Source: Deltaproteobacteria bacterium (GTDB lineage Bacteria; Desulfobacterota; GWC2-55-46). Taken from it: a stretch of DNA of 64,000 nucleotides. The stretch is from assembly GCA_016219015.1 (NCBI GenBank), contig JACRCL010000027.1:721-64720 (forward strand). The letters are read 5' to 3'. The translations under genes and the position numbers were made by a program. Position 1 is the first letter of the stretch, and each line of letters opens with the position of its first letter. The notes under the pieces are model-generated. The model saw only the letters and a list, made by a program, of their open reading frames with translations, was not told the origin of the DNA and ran no database searches. This document shows positions 34,648-42,939 of the stretch, one piece after another.

Positions 34648-35772
34648 TCATGTAACCGCCCTTTTTATTATCTCCCAGACGAACTCGGGCTCCAACCTGT
34701 CGAGGCAGTCGCTCTTCTTGCTGCCCTTGCACCCGTCCTTGCCGCAGGGCACGCAGTCCCAGTCCTTCTGTATGACTATGTTCGCCCCTGACGCCTGTAC
34801 GCCGTTCTTGAGCGGGTACTGCGTGGGTGACTTTGATTTTCCCGAAGAGGCCAGCCTGTTGTCCCACGGGCCCCAGTCGAAGGCGCCGCTCGGGCCGAAT
34901 ACGCCCACTACTTTCGCGCCCGAGGCCGCGGCTATGTGCATGGGGGCGGAGTCGACCCCGAAGAAGAAAAACGCCTTCTTTGACAATGCCGAAAGGTGCT
35001 TTAGCTTAAGCTGCCCCGACAGGTCAACGGGCTTTGAATTCATCTTCGATATTATCGAGGCCGTCCTCTTTAGCTCCCTTTCGTCCGGGCCGGATGTAAC
35101 CACTACCCTAAGCCCCCCGGCCTGGAGCTTATCGAACACGAACGCCATGCCCTCGTCGGTCCAGCATTTGAAGAGCCACCTCGACGTCGGGTGCGCGTGG
35201 ACGAAGGGGCCTTTAACCCCCTCCCTGTCCAGTATCTTCTGCACGTGGGCATCGTCCTCAGGGGACGTGAATATCCGGACGCTTAAGTCCCCGGTGTCGA
35301 TGCCGAACTCCCTCAATACGCCGAGGTCCCTTATTACTGTATGCGTCCTTTCCTTCGGTGCGCGGGCAAGGTGCGTATAGAAGAGCCTCTTGCCCTTAAA
35401 CCCGCCCCTCGGGTCGTACCCGAGCCTGTACCTCGCGCCCGTAAGAAAACCCAGGAGCGCGGGCCTGTCCCCACCGGTCAGGTCCACGGCCATGTCGAAC
35501 TTCTTTTTCCTAAGCTCGGAGACGAAACCGAGCTCCCCGCTTATCCTGCCCGTAAGCGGGAGCTTCTTTATATCCCTCTTGAAGCAGATGACCTCGCTTA
35601 GGAGCGGGTTCAGGGTCAGCATCTCCTCTGTGCCCGAATTGACCAGCGCCGAGACCGACGCCCGCGGGAAGTTCTCCTTAAGGGCCCTTATGGCCGGCAC
35701 GGTAAGGAGCGCGTCCCCGATGTGCCGGAGCTTTATTACGAGTATCCTTTCAGTGCCCTCGAAGAGGTTCAA
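34648..35772 (-). CDS. glycosyltransferase family 9 (heptosyltransferase-like), copy 4 of 6
   Basis: ILVIKLRHIGDALLTVPAIRALKENFPRASVSALV...GVDSAPMHIAAASGAKVVGVFGPS. Tail is CVPC...C...C. Confidence 0.88.
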   Translation of the reverse strand: MNLFEGTERILVIKLRHIGDALLTVPAIRALKENFPRASVSALVNSGTEEMLTLNPLLSEVICFKRDIKKLPLTGRISGELGFVSELRKKKFDMAVDLTGGDRPALLGFLTGARYRLGYDPRGGFKGKRLFYTHLARAPKERTHTVIRDLGVLREFGIDTGDLSVRIFTSPEDDAHVQKILDREGVKGPFVHAHPTSRWLFKCWTDEGMAFVFDKLQAGGLRVVVTSGPDERELKRTASIISKMNSKPVDLSGQLKLKHLSALSKKAFFFFGVDSAPMHIAAASGAKVVGVFGPSGAFDWGPWDNRLASSGKSKSPTQYPLKNGVQASGANIVIQKDWDCVPCGKDGCKGSKKSDCLDRLEPEFVWEIIKRAVT

Positions 35773-35794
35773 CCGGGTCCTCCCTGGAAAAATA

Positions 35795-36550
35795 TCACTG
35801 TACGCCCGGCCCCTTTTTCATCTCCCACAGCTTCGCGTACTTGGCGAGCGTGTAGGAGGCGTAGAGGGTCGAGAGTATTACCCCGGTGGCGCCTTCGAGG
35901 AAACCGAGCCTTAAGACGTACATCTTGAAGAAGGTGAACGGCGGCCTCAGGATGATGTCGATGAGCCCCGCGTTCCTGCCCTGGTTCAGCATCTCCTGCG
36001 CGGCCAGCGTCGAGTACCTCTGCATCCTGCCGAGGTAGTCGGATACGTCTTTGTACGTGCGGTGCTCGAGCGGGTTTTTTAGATACCCCTTCTCTCCGTT
36101 CACCGCGACCGACTCATGGACGAACCTGTCGGTGAACCTGCCGGAGTCCTTCCTGTAGAGCCTCAGGTTGTAGTCGGGGGACCAGCCGCACCTCCTGACC
36201 CACCTGTCCCCGAAGAAGTTCTTCCTCGGGATGTAGAAGCCGGCCTTGCCGGTCTTTTCAAGAGTCCGGGATATTTCGTCTCTCAGGGCGGGCGTGACCC
36301 TCTCGTCGGCGTCTATGTTGAGTATCCAACTGTTACGCGCCCTGTCGCCGCAGAGGTTCTTCTGCCTGCCGAACCCGAGCCACTGGTCCACCGAGACGTC
36401 CGCCCCGTACTCCCTGCATATCTCGACGGTCCTGTCGGCGCTGCCGGAATCCGAGACTATCACCTCGTCCGCCCACCTGACGCTCTCTAAGCAGTCCCGG
36501 ATGTGGGCCTCTTCGTTACGGACTATTATGGTAACGGAAATCTTTTCCAT
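35795..36550 (-). CDS. glycosyltransferase family 2 (WaaE/KdtX-like LPS core transferase)
   Basis: ISVTIIVRNEEAHIRDCLESVRWADEVIVSDSGSADRTVEICREYGADV...NIDADERV. Confidence 0.88.
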   Translation of the reverse strand: MEKISVTIIVRNEEAHIRDCLESVRWADEVIVSDSGSADRTVEICREYGADVSVDQWLGFGRQKNLCGDRARNSWILNIDADERVTPALRDEISRTLEKTGKAGFYIPRKNFFGDRWVRRCGWSPDYNLRLYRKDSGRFTDRFVHESVAVNGEKGYLKNPLEHRTYKDVSDYLGRMQRYSTLAAQEMLNQGRNAGLIDIILRPPFTFFKMYVLRLGFLEGATGVILSTLYASYTLAKYAKLWEMKKGPGVQ

Positions 36551-36590
36551 CAGGTCAGCCTTCGGTATCCGGCCCCCGCGCGGGATAAGG

Positions 36591-36761
36591 TCATTTGAGC
36601 GAGCTGGCCTCGTCTATGAGCATCACCGGGATGTCGTCCTTGATCGGGTATACGAGCCTGCACCTCTCGCAGACAAGCCCGTCTTTTTTCTCGTTCAGCC
36701 TTATCTTGCCTTTGCACTTGGGGCAGGCAAGGATGTCGAGCAGCTCTTTGTCAACGCCCAT
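36591..36761 (-). CDS. Trm112/YcaR (UPF0434) family zinc-ribbon protein
   Basis: LLDILACPKCKGKI...LVCERCRLVYPIKDDIPVMLIDEA. A GGAGG SD lies 5 nt upstream of the ATG at 36761. Confidence 0.88.
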   Translation of the reverse strand: MGVDKELLDILACPKCKGKIRLNEKKDGLVCERCRLVYPIKDDIPVMLIDEASSLK

Positions 36762-36788
36762 GGGAACCTCCGAATAGAATTCTGGCAA

Positions 36789-36909
36789 CCTCTAAAAATT
36801 GTTCTTTTTCCTGACCTCTGCGTCAGGCGCGGAAATAAAAATGGACAATTGCTCCGCTTTTTATTTCCGCCCTTCCTTGACTTCAGAAAAAATTCCTAAT
36901 TTTTAGAGG
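36789..36909 (-). repeat. family A element, copy 4 (inverted orientation, shorter centre)
   Basis: Same termini CCTCTAAAAATTG...AATTTTTAGAGG. Lies between the flippase-like stop and the Trm112 start. Confidence 0.9.
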
Positions 36910-36963
36910 CAGCCATCTGTTTTAAAACCGTCCTCTTCCGACAGGCCGCTTTACCGCGTAGGT

Positions 36964-37941
36964 TCAAAGCCTTTTCCCGGCCATGCCGGCCCCGGCCGCC
37001 ATCTCTTTCTTACCGCCCATCCTCACGTACTCGACCCCTCCTATGATGCTCACGAACACGCCTATGGCAAACCACAACAGCGATATCGTCAGGGCCTGCT
37101 CCTGAGCTGCCCCCACCCGCGTAAGGAGGAAGACGAACGCCCCCTCTCTAAGGCCCAGGCCGGATAAGGATATCGGCAGCATCGCCACGGTGTTTACGAG
37201 GGGTATGAAGAGGAAATAATACTGGAGCGGCACCTCCACGCCTATGCCCCTGCCGAGCACGTAATACGCCACTATTACGCCTATCTGCACGAACAGGGAG
37301 CAGACGAAAATCTTCACGAGTATCCCGTAATGGGACTTGTAGCTCATGAGCGCCCTGTAGAAGGTGTCTATCTTCCTGTTTATCCCGTAGAAGTGTACCC
37401 TTGCCATCAGGTCCATCGCCCATTTGTGGAGAAAGCCCACCCATATCACGAGGCTTATGGCGGCGAAGCCGCCTATGAGGAGGAGCAGGAATACCGGCAG
37501 CCCCGTGCCCTTAATGAGGGCGTAGCCCGGTATGAGCGCAACGGCCGTTATGACCATGAGGGCGGCGAAGCCGGAGTACCTGTCCATGAAGATCGACGCG
37601 AGAGCGACGTCGCCCTTCTTCGTGTGCTTGTAGAGGTAGTAGCCCTTTACGAGGTCGCCCCCGACCATCGTCGGGAGGAAGTTATTGAAGAACATGCCGA
37701 CGAAGTAGATCGACCATAGCTTCAGGTACGGCATGTCGATGTCCTTCTTGAGTATTATCGACCAGCGGAGCGTCGAGACCGACTGCGAGCATATTATGAA
37801 TATGGCGACGAACGCCACTGCCCAGGGGCTTACCGACCTTACCGTCCTCCAGAACGCTTCAAGGTCGATGCTCCTGAAGAGGAAGTAGAGTATCGCGGCG
37901 CTTACGACTATCTTTAAAAGGACGGAACCTATGCCCTTCAT
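36964..37941 (-). CDS. flippase-like membrane protein (LPG_synthase_TM / UPF0104 family)
   Basis: 325 aa with about 8 TM segments. Contains FFNNFLPTMVGGDLVKGYYL and LPISLSGLGLREGAF motifs typical of the family. Confidence 0.82.
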   Translation of the reverse strand: MKGIGSVLLKIVVSAAILYFLFRSIDLEAFWRTVRSVSPWAVAFVAIFIICSQSVSTLRWSIILKKDIDMPYLKLWSIYFVGMFFNNFLPTMVGGDLVKGYYLYKHTKKGDVALASIFMDRYSGFAALMVITAVALIPGYALIKGTGLPVFLLLLIGGFAAISLVIWVGFLHKWAMDLMARVHFYGINRKIDTFYRALMSYKSHYGILVKIFVCSLFVQIGVIVAYYVLGRGIGVEVPLQYYFLFIPLVNTVAMLPISLSGLGLREGAFVFLLTRVGAAQEQALTISLLWFAIGVFVSIIGGVEYVRMGGKKEMAAGAGMAGKRL

Positions 37942-38882
37942 CTGCCGAGCACCTTCCTTACCGTGAATATGGGCTTGTCCTGGGACTCGTGGTAGACGCG
38001 CGCGAGCATCTCACCCAAAAGGCCCATGACCACGAGCTGCACCCCGAGTATTATAAGGAGCACGCTCAGGATAAGGAGCGGCCTGTTGCCGATGTCCTTG
38101 CCCATGAATAATTTTTCGAAGCTCAGGAAAAGCGCGATGAAGAAGCCGAGGAAGCCGAGGGCGAGCCCTCCGGGGCCGAACGCATGTATCGGCCTGGTGG
38201 AGAAGCTCTGGAGGAACTTGACGGTTATGAGGTCGAGTATGACCCTTACGGTCCTCGATATCCCGTACTTCGATTTTCCGAACTTCCTCGGGTGGTGCGT
38301 CGTCTCCACCTCGGTTATCGAGGCGCCCACCCAGCTCGCTATCGCCGGGATGAAGCGGTGCATCTCGCCGTAGAGCCTTACGTTCTTTATGACCTCTTTC
38401 CTGTAGGCCTTGAGCGTGCAGCCGTAGTCGTGGAGGTAGACCCCCGTCACCTTCGATATGAGCCCGTTGGCTATCATCGAGGGGAGCCGCCGGGAGAGGA
38501 ACTTGTCCTGGCGGTTCTTCCTCCACCCGCTCACCACGTCGTGGCCCTTTATAGTCTCAAGGAGCTTGGGGATGTCCTTCGGGTCGTTCTGCAGGTCGGC
38601 GTCCATGGTGACAATTATGTCGCCGTTCGCGTACTCGAACCCGGCGGCCATGGCCGCGGTCTGCCCGAAGTTTCGCCTGAAGGAGACTACCACCACGGCG
38701 GGGTCCTTCTTCTGGATCGATTCGAGCACCTTGAAGGTATTGTCCCTGCTCCCGTCGTCGACGAAGACTATCTCGTACCCGCGCTTGAGCCCGTCCATCA
38801 CCTCTTTTATAGATTTATAAAGGTGCGGGAGGCTCTCCTCCTCGTCAAAGACAGGTATTACTATAGATACGCTCTCTTCCAA
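37938..38882 (-). CDS. glycosyltransferase family 2, polyprenyl-phosphate glycosyltransferase (ArnC/DPM1-like) with C-terminal TM segments
   Basis: VSIVIPVFDEEESL...EIVFVDDGSRDNT...DADLQNDPKDIPKLL plus two C-terminal TM helices. TTG at 38882 after a GAGGGAGG SD; the track's N-terminal extension is repeat-derived. Confidence 0.88.
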   Translation of the reverse strand: MEESVSIVIPVFDEEESLPHLYKSIKEVMDGLKRGYEIVFVDDGSRDNTFKVLESIQKKDPAVVVVSFRRNFGQTAAMAAGFEYANGDIIVTMDADLQNDPKDIPKLLETIKGHDVVSGWRKNRQDKFLSRRLPSMIANGLISKVTGVYLHDYGCTLKAYRKEVIKNVRLYGEMHRFIPAIASWVGASITEVETTHHPRKFGKSKYGISRTVRVILDLITVKFLQSFSTRPIHAFGPGGLALGFLGFFIALFLSFEKLFMGKDIGNRPLLILSVLLIILGVQLVVMGLLGEMLARVYHESQDKPIFTVRKVLGR

Positions 38883-38894
38883 ACCGCCTCCCTC

Positions 38895-39080
38895 AGGCTG
38901 TTGAATCTCCCCGCAGCAAGCTGCGGGGAATCTTCGACACAAAAGGAAAAAATTTCGATTCGCTCGCTAAACCCCGCCGCAAGCAGCGGGGAATGCGCTC
39001 GCTGTGCGTGTTCAAAAAATCCATCTGCTTCGTTGTCATCAAAGCTAAGCGACTCAGGCTGCAGAGTACGCTTCATTCCT
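38895..39080. repeat. composite of degenerate repeat pieces (two CCCCGC.GCAAGC.GCGGGG hairpins plus a degenerate family C arm)
   Basis: TCCCCGCAGCAAGCTGCGGGGA at 38908-38929, CCCCGCCGCAAGCAGCGGGG at 38972-38991, then AAAAAATCCATCTGCTTCGTTGTC...GAGTACGCTTCATTCC. Confidence 0.65.
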
Positions 39081-40618
39081 TAGTATCTGTCTACGCCCTG
39101 CTCCTTCAACCCCTTGAAATTGAAGCAGCGGAAGACCGAGAACTCTTTTAAAGGCCTCTTATCCCTGTAGACCGTAAAGACCTCTTTCTCGCACCTGTCA
39201 AAGGCGTCGAGCACGACGCCCTCGGCCCCGGCAACGCCGCCTTTGACATAGACGGCGTCATAGCCCTTAAGCGAGTTATAGCCGGGCCAGAGGTCGTACT
39301 GGTTCATCCTCCTGCCGCCGGTATTGAAGTTGTACGCCACGGGGTTGCCTTCCGTGTAAAAAGCGAGCTCGCTCGTTATCTGGTAGGTATCGCTCGCCAC
39401 AAAGACCCTTCCGTTCTTTTCCATCTCGGATTTTACTTCGGATACCTTATCCCCGAGCTCCCTCCAGCCCGTGACCCTGTTATACGGCGGGCCTGTTATT
39501 ATCCTCTTTGCCACAGGCTCTATTATCGAGGGGAAGTAGGCTATGATCGTCCCGACGACCCCAAGGGAAATGCCAAGCACGGCCAAAACCCTTAACGCCC
39601 TTTTCCCAGACTGCCCGGCCCTTCCGTAAAGGTTCTCAAAGGCCCAGACCGAGGCCGGGAACGCCGTGATGAAAGACGCTACCGCCCAGTTCGCCTGCAC
39701 CTTTGCGCGCACGCTCTCGAAGATAAAAAACAGCAATACCGGCGCGCCGGTAAAAAAGGCCAGGAGCGGACCTCCGCCGTCCTTCAACCCTTCTTTCGCG
39801 CTCCTATAGAGGCCGTAGGCAAGGCCCGCGAATATGAGCGGGGTGATAAGGCCTATCTGCGAGCCTATGAACTCAAAGAGCGGCCCCAAAGACAGAGTAC
39901 CGCCGCCCAGATGGGCCTGGCCCATCGTGTGCCTTATTGTAACCTGTCCGTTAACAATATTCCAGTAAATTACAGGGGTTACGGCAAGAAGCGCAAGGAG
40001 CCCGCCCCCGTAAGGCTCAGGCCTTTTAAGCCACTTTTTCTCTCTTTTTGAAAAGATCAAAAAAAGGACGACGCTCGGGAATAACAGGGCTATAGTGTAC
40101 TTGCCGAGAAACCCGAAGCCTCCGGACAGGCCAGCCGCGTACCACCACCCCCCCCCGGAATTGTCGTTCAAGGCCTTCCATACGCAGAGCACCGTCAAGG
40201 ACCAGAAGAACACCAGAAGCACATCGGTGGTCATCAGTATCGAGCCTATTGAGTATATGGGCGTGATGTTTATCAGAAGCGCCGAGTAGAAGCCGGTCCT
40301 CGGGCTTTTGAATAACCCCTCTCCGAGGAGATAGAGGACGTAGCCGGCAAGGGCCGAGAAGAAAACGGCGCCTATCCTTATGCCGAACTCGTTCGCCCCG
40401 AATATCGACGTGAAGAACGCTATCGCGTAGGCGACCCCAGGCCCCTTGCTGTAGTACGAGGGGGCGAGCCTCCGGGACCATTCCCAGTAATGGGCCTCGT
40501 CGGGCGATATCGCGAAGGGGCTGTAGAAGAGATAGGCCAACCTCAGTACCGAGAAGGCGACAAGCATCGCTATCGTAAGCCTTTTATAGCTCAACTTGAT
40601 CTTCCTCTTTTTTATCAA
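39080..40618 (-). CDS. glycosyltransferase family 39 (ArnT/PMT_2-like lipid A or glycolipid glycosyltransferase)
   Basis: 512 aa with about 11 TM segments. N-terminal SPDEAHYWEWSRRL motif and a C-terminal soluble domain. Start is uncertain (40618, 40594 or 40567). Contains a G9 tract (C-run 40148-40156 on the plus strand). Confidence 0.85.
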   Translation of the reverse strand: MIKKRKIKLSYKRLTIAMLVAFSVLRLAYLFYSPFAISPDEAHYWEWSRRLAPSYYSKGPGVAYAIAFFTSIFGANEFGIRIGAVFFSALAGYVLYLLGEGLFKSPRTGFYSALLINITPIYSIGSILMTTDVLLVFFWSLTVLCVWKALNDNSGGGWWYAAGLSGGFGFLGKYTIALLFPSVVLFLIFSKREKKWLKRPEPYGGGLLALLAVTPVIYWNIVNGQVTIRHTMGQAHLGGGTLSLGPLFEFIGSQIGLITPLIFAGLAYGLYRSAKEGLKDGGGPLLAFFTGAPVLLFFIFESVRAKVQANWAVASFITAFPASVWAFENLYGRAGQSGKRALRVLAVLGISLGVVGTIIAYFPSIIEPVAKRIITGPPYNRVTGWRELGDKVSEVKSEMEKNGRVFVASDTYQITSELAFYTEGNPVAYNFNTGGRRMNQYDLWPGYNSLKGYDAVYVKGGVAGAEGVVLDAFDRCEKEVFTVYRDKRPLKEFSVFRCFNFKGLKEQGVDRY

Positions 40619-41153
40619 GGTAGCGGCTTAATATAAGCCCTTCGGCCTTCGTGAACAGCAGGGCCATGACCGTGCCCAGCCCCGCGCCCGCGATAACGTC
40701 GGACGGGTAATGGACCCCGACGTATACCCTTGAATAGGCAACTATAAAGGCTATCGACAGGAATAACGGGAAAAGCCTTTTGTACCGCGCCGTCAGAAAT
40801 ACCATGGCCGCGAATATGTTGGTGGCGTGGCCAGAGGGCATGGAATAAGACCCGCCGCACCCCGCTAACACCCGGACGCCTTCTATGGCGTGGCAGGGCC
40901 TTATGCGCATGAAGAGGTGCTTGAGCTGGTTGCAGAAAAGGTCGCTCGCCAGCACGAGAAGGACGAGCGTTACGAGGCCGGCCCTGTCCCTTCTTTTGCC
41001 CAATACCCATATGAGCACGGCGGAGATGATTATCGCGCCGAGGAAGTTGAGCTTATCGGTCACGTACGGCATGAACGAATCGAGGAAAGGCGCGGTCAGC
41101 CTCGTATTCACGAGCATGAAAAGCTCGGTGTCGAACCTTATTATCGAGTTCAA
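40584..41153 (-). CDS. PAP2-family phosphatase (LpxE/PgpB-like)
   Basis: Acid-phosphatase motifs KHLFMRIRP, PSGH, SRVYVGVHYPSDV. 5-6 TM segments. The TTG start overlaps the waaC stop. Confidence 0.85.
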   Translation of the reverse strand: MNSIIRFDTELFMLVNTRLTAPFLDSFMPYVTDKLNFLGAIIISAVLIWVLGKRRDRAGLVTLVLLVLASDLFCNQLKHLFMRIRPCHAIEGVRVLAGCGGSYSMPSGHATNIFAAMVFLTARYKRLFPLFLSIAFIVAYSRVYVGVHYPSDVIAGAGLGTVMALLFTKAEGLILSRYLDKKEEDQVEL

Positions 41154-42178
41154 GCCCTGTCCCCCTTCAATACTTCTTCAACTGCCGCCATAACGTCGTC
41201 AACCGATATCTCTTTCATGCACTTCGGGTCGGTACACTTCTTTTTGAAGCACGGGCTGCACTTGAGCCCCTTCCTTACGATGATGTGCCCCTTGCCGTAA
41301 GGCCCCGTCCTCCACGGCGCGGTCGGGCCGAAGAGCGCCACCGTCCTCGTGCCCACCGCGGCGGCGAGGTGCATGGGGCCGGAATCGACGGTTACGGCGA
41401 ACCGCGCCATCTTAAGGACGGCCGCAAGCTCGAGGAGGTCCGTCTGGCCGGAAAGATTACAGGCCCCTTCGCCTATCTTTTCCTTTATCGCCTCGAGCGC
41501 CGCCCTGTCGGACGGGCCACCGGCGAGCACCGCGGGGATGCCGCTTTTCGAGATTACCCTTTTCGCGAGCTCAATGAACCTGCCGTCGTCCCAGAGCTTC
41601 GTCTCCCAGCGGGCGCGCGGGATAAGGACGAAAAAGGGGGAGCCCTTTTTTATGCCGCCCTTCTCGATCTTCTTTATCGCGCTCTCCACGAACGCCTTCG
41701 GTATATGGAGGGGGAATTTTACCTCAGAGGTATCGCCTCCGGCGTGCGCCGCGAGGTCGAGGTACCTTTCCACCGCGTGCCTTTCTATGTCATATGGGGG
41801 CAGCCTGTCGTTGAGGAAAAGATGGCTCAACTCCCTCCCGTTCGAGAACCCGGCCCTCTTCTTGCCCCTGGAGAGCATCACCCATACGCCGCTTTTAAGG
41901 AGGCCCTGGAAATCGAGTACCATATCGTAGCCCGTGGAGGCGAGGAGTCTGGCTGTCTTCCGGTTATCCCCGAAGTTCTTTGCCCAGCCGCGCTTGACCA
42001 CTATGAGGTTGTCTATGAGCGGGTTCCCTTTCAAGACCCCGCTTGCGGCCTCCTCGACGAGCCAGTCTATGCGCGCCTTTACGCCGGCCTTGTCAAGGCC
42101 CTTCCGCAGCGCGTGGAGCGCGGGCAGGGTATGGACGCAGTCGCCGATGGATGAGAGTTTTATTATCAGGACCTTCAT
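41150..42178 (-). CDS. waaC: LPS heptosyltransferase I (GT9, copy 5 of 6)
   Basis: MKVLIIKLSSIGDCVHTLPALHALRKG...VTVDSGPMHLAAAVGTRTVALFGPT. Tail is CSPCFKKKCTDPKC. Confidence 0.85.
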   Translation of the reverse strand: MKVLIIKLSSIGDCVHTLPALHALRKGLDKAGVKARIDWLVEEAASGVLKGNPLIDNLIVVKRGWAKNFGDNRKTARLLASTGYDMVLDFQGLLKSGVWVMLSRGKKRAGFSNGRELSHLFLNDRLPPYDIERHAVERYLDLAAHAGGDTSEVKFPLHIPKAFVESAIKKIEKGGIKKGSPFFVLIPRARWETKLWDDGRFIELAKRVISKSGIPAVLAGGPSDRAALEAIKEKIGEGACNLSGQTDLLELAAVLKMARFAVTVDSGPMHLAAAVGTRTVALFGPTAPWRTGPYGKGHIIVRKGLKCSPCFKKKCTDPKCMKEISVDDVMAAVEEVLKGDRA

Positions 42179-42259
42179 TACGCGGATTCGATAAGCTTCC
42201 TGCTCGTGTCCTTAAATGTAAAGGAGTATATTATAAGGTTCTGAAAATTTAAAATTGCC

Positions 42260-42392
42260 TCAGGCTGCTCAAAAAGCTCCAGATGCAAGGCCCCATTAAA
42301 ATAGGGGAGCGAGGAATGAGGCGTACTCTTTTCGTACGTCGCAATGATGCGCGACGAAGACAACGAAGCAGATGGACTTTTTCAGCAGCCTG
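42260..42392. repeat. family C element, copy 4
   Basis: TCAGGCTGCTCAAAAAGCTCCAGATGCAAGGCCCCATTAAAATAGGGG...GCAGATGGACTTTTTCAGCAGCCTG. Overlaps the last codons and stop of gmhB. Confidence 0.9.
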
Positions 42393-42939
42393 TAAGGTCT
42401 TCCATTATCCATCTGACTGCCTCGGCAAGGTCTTTGGCCACGAAGTCGGCGGGCCTTGCGAGCCCCGGCCTTTCCCTTTCCCCGTCGCCCGTAAGGACGA
42501 GCACGGCCTTTGCACCGGCGTTCCTCGCAAGCTCCACGTCGGTCGCCTTGTCCCCCACCACGTACGAGCGGCTTAAATCTATGGAATGTTCGAGGGCCGC
42601 CTTTGACGCGAGCCCCGTAGACGGCTTCCTGCACCCGCAGTTCTCGTCCGGGCGGTGCGGGCAGCAGTATATCCCGTCTACCCTCGCGCCGTCTTCCTTC
42701 AATAGCTCTATGAGCCTCTTATTGACCGCCGAAAGGGCGGCGTGGGTGAAGTAGCCCCTGCCGACCCCGGACTGGTTGCTGACGACGACGACCTTTATCG
42801 AGGCGTGGTTGAGCCTCTTTATGGCCCCGGACGCGCCTTCCAGAAGCCGGACCTCGCCGGGGCTTGAAAGGTACCCGGTGTCCTCGTTTATGGTGCCGTC
42901 CCTGTCGAGCAGCACGGCCGGGGTTCTCTTTTCAGTCAA
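42382..42939 (-). CDS. gmhB: D-glycero-beta-D-manno-heptose-1,7-bisphosphate 7-phosphatase
   Basis: HAD motifs LLDRDGTIN, VVVSNQSGVGRGY, CPHRPDENCGCRKP (Zn-loop), GDKATDVELARNAG. Confidence 0.92.
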   Translation of the reverse strand: MTEKRTPAVLLDRDGTINEDTGYLSSPGEVRLLEGASGAIKRLNHASIKVVVVSNQSGVGRGYFTHAALSAVNKRLIELLKEDGARVDGIYCCPHRPDENCGCRKPSTGLASKAALEHSIDLSRSYVVGDKATDVELARNAGAKAVLVLTGDGERERPGLARPADFVAKDLAEAVRWIMEDLTGC

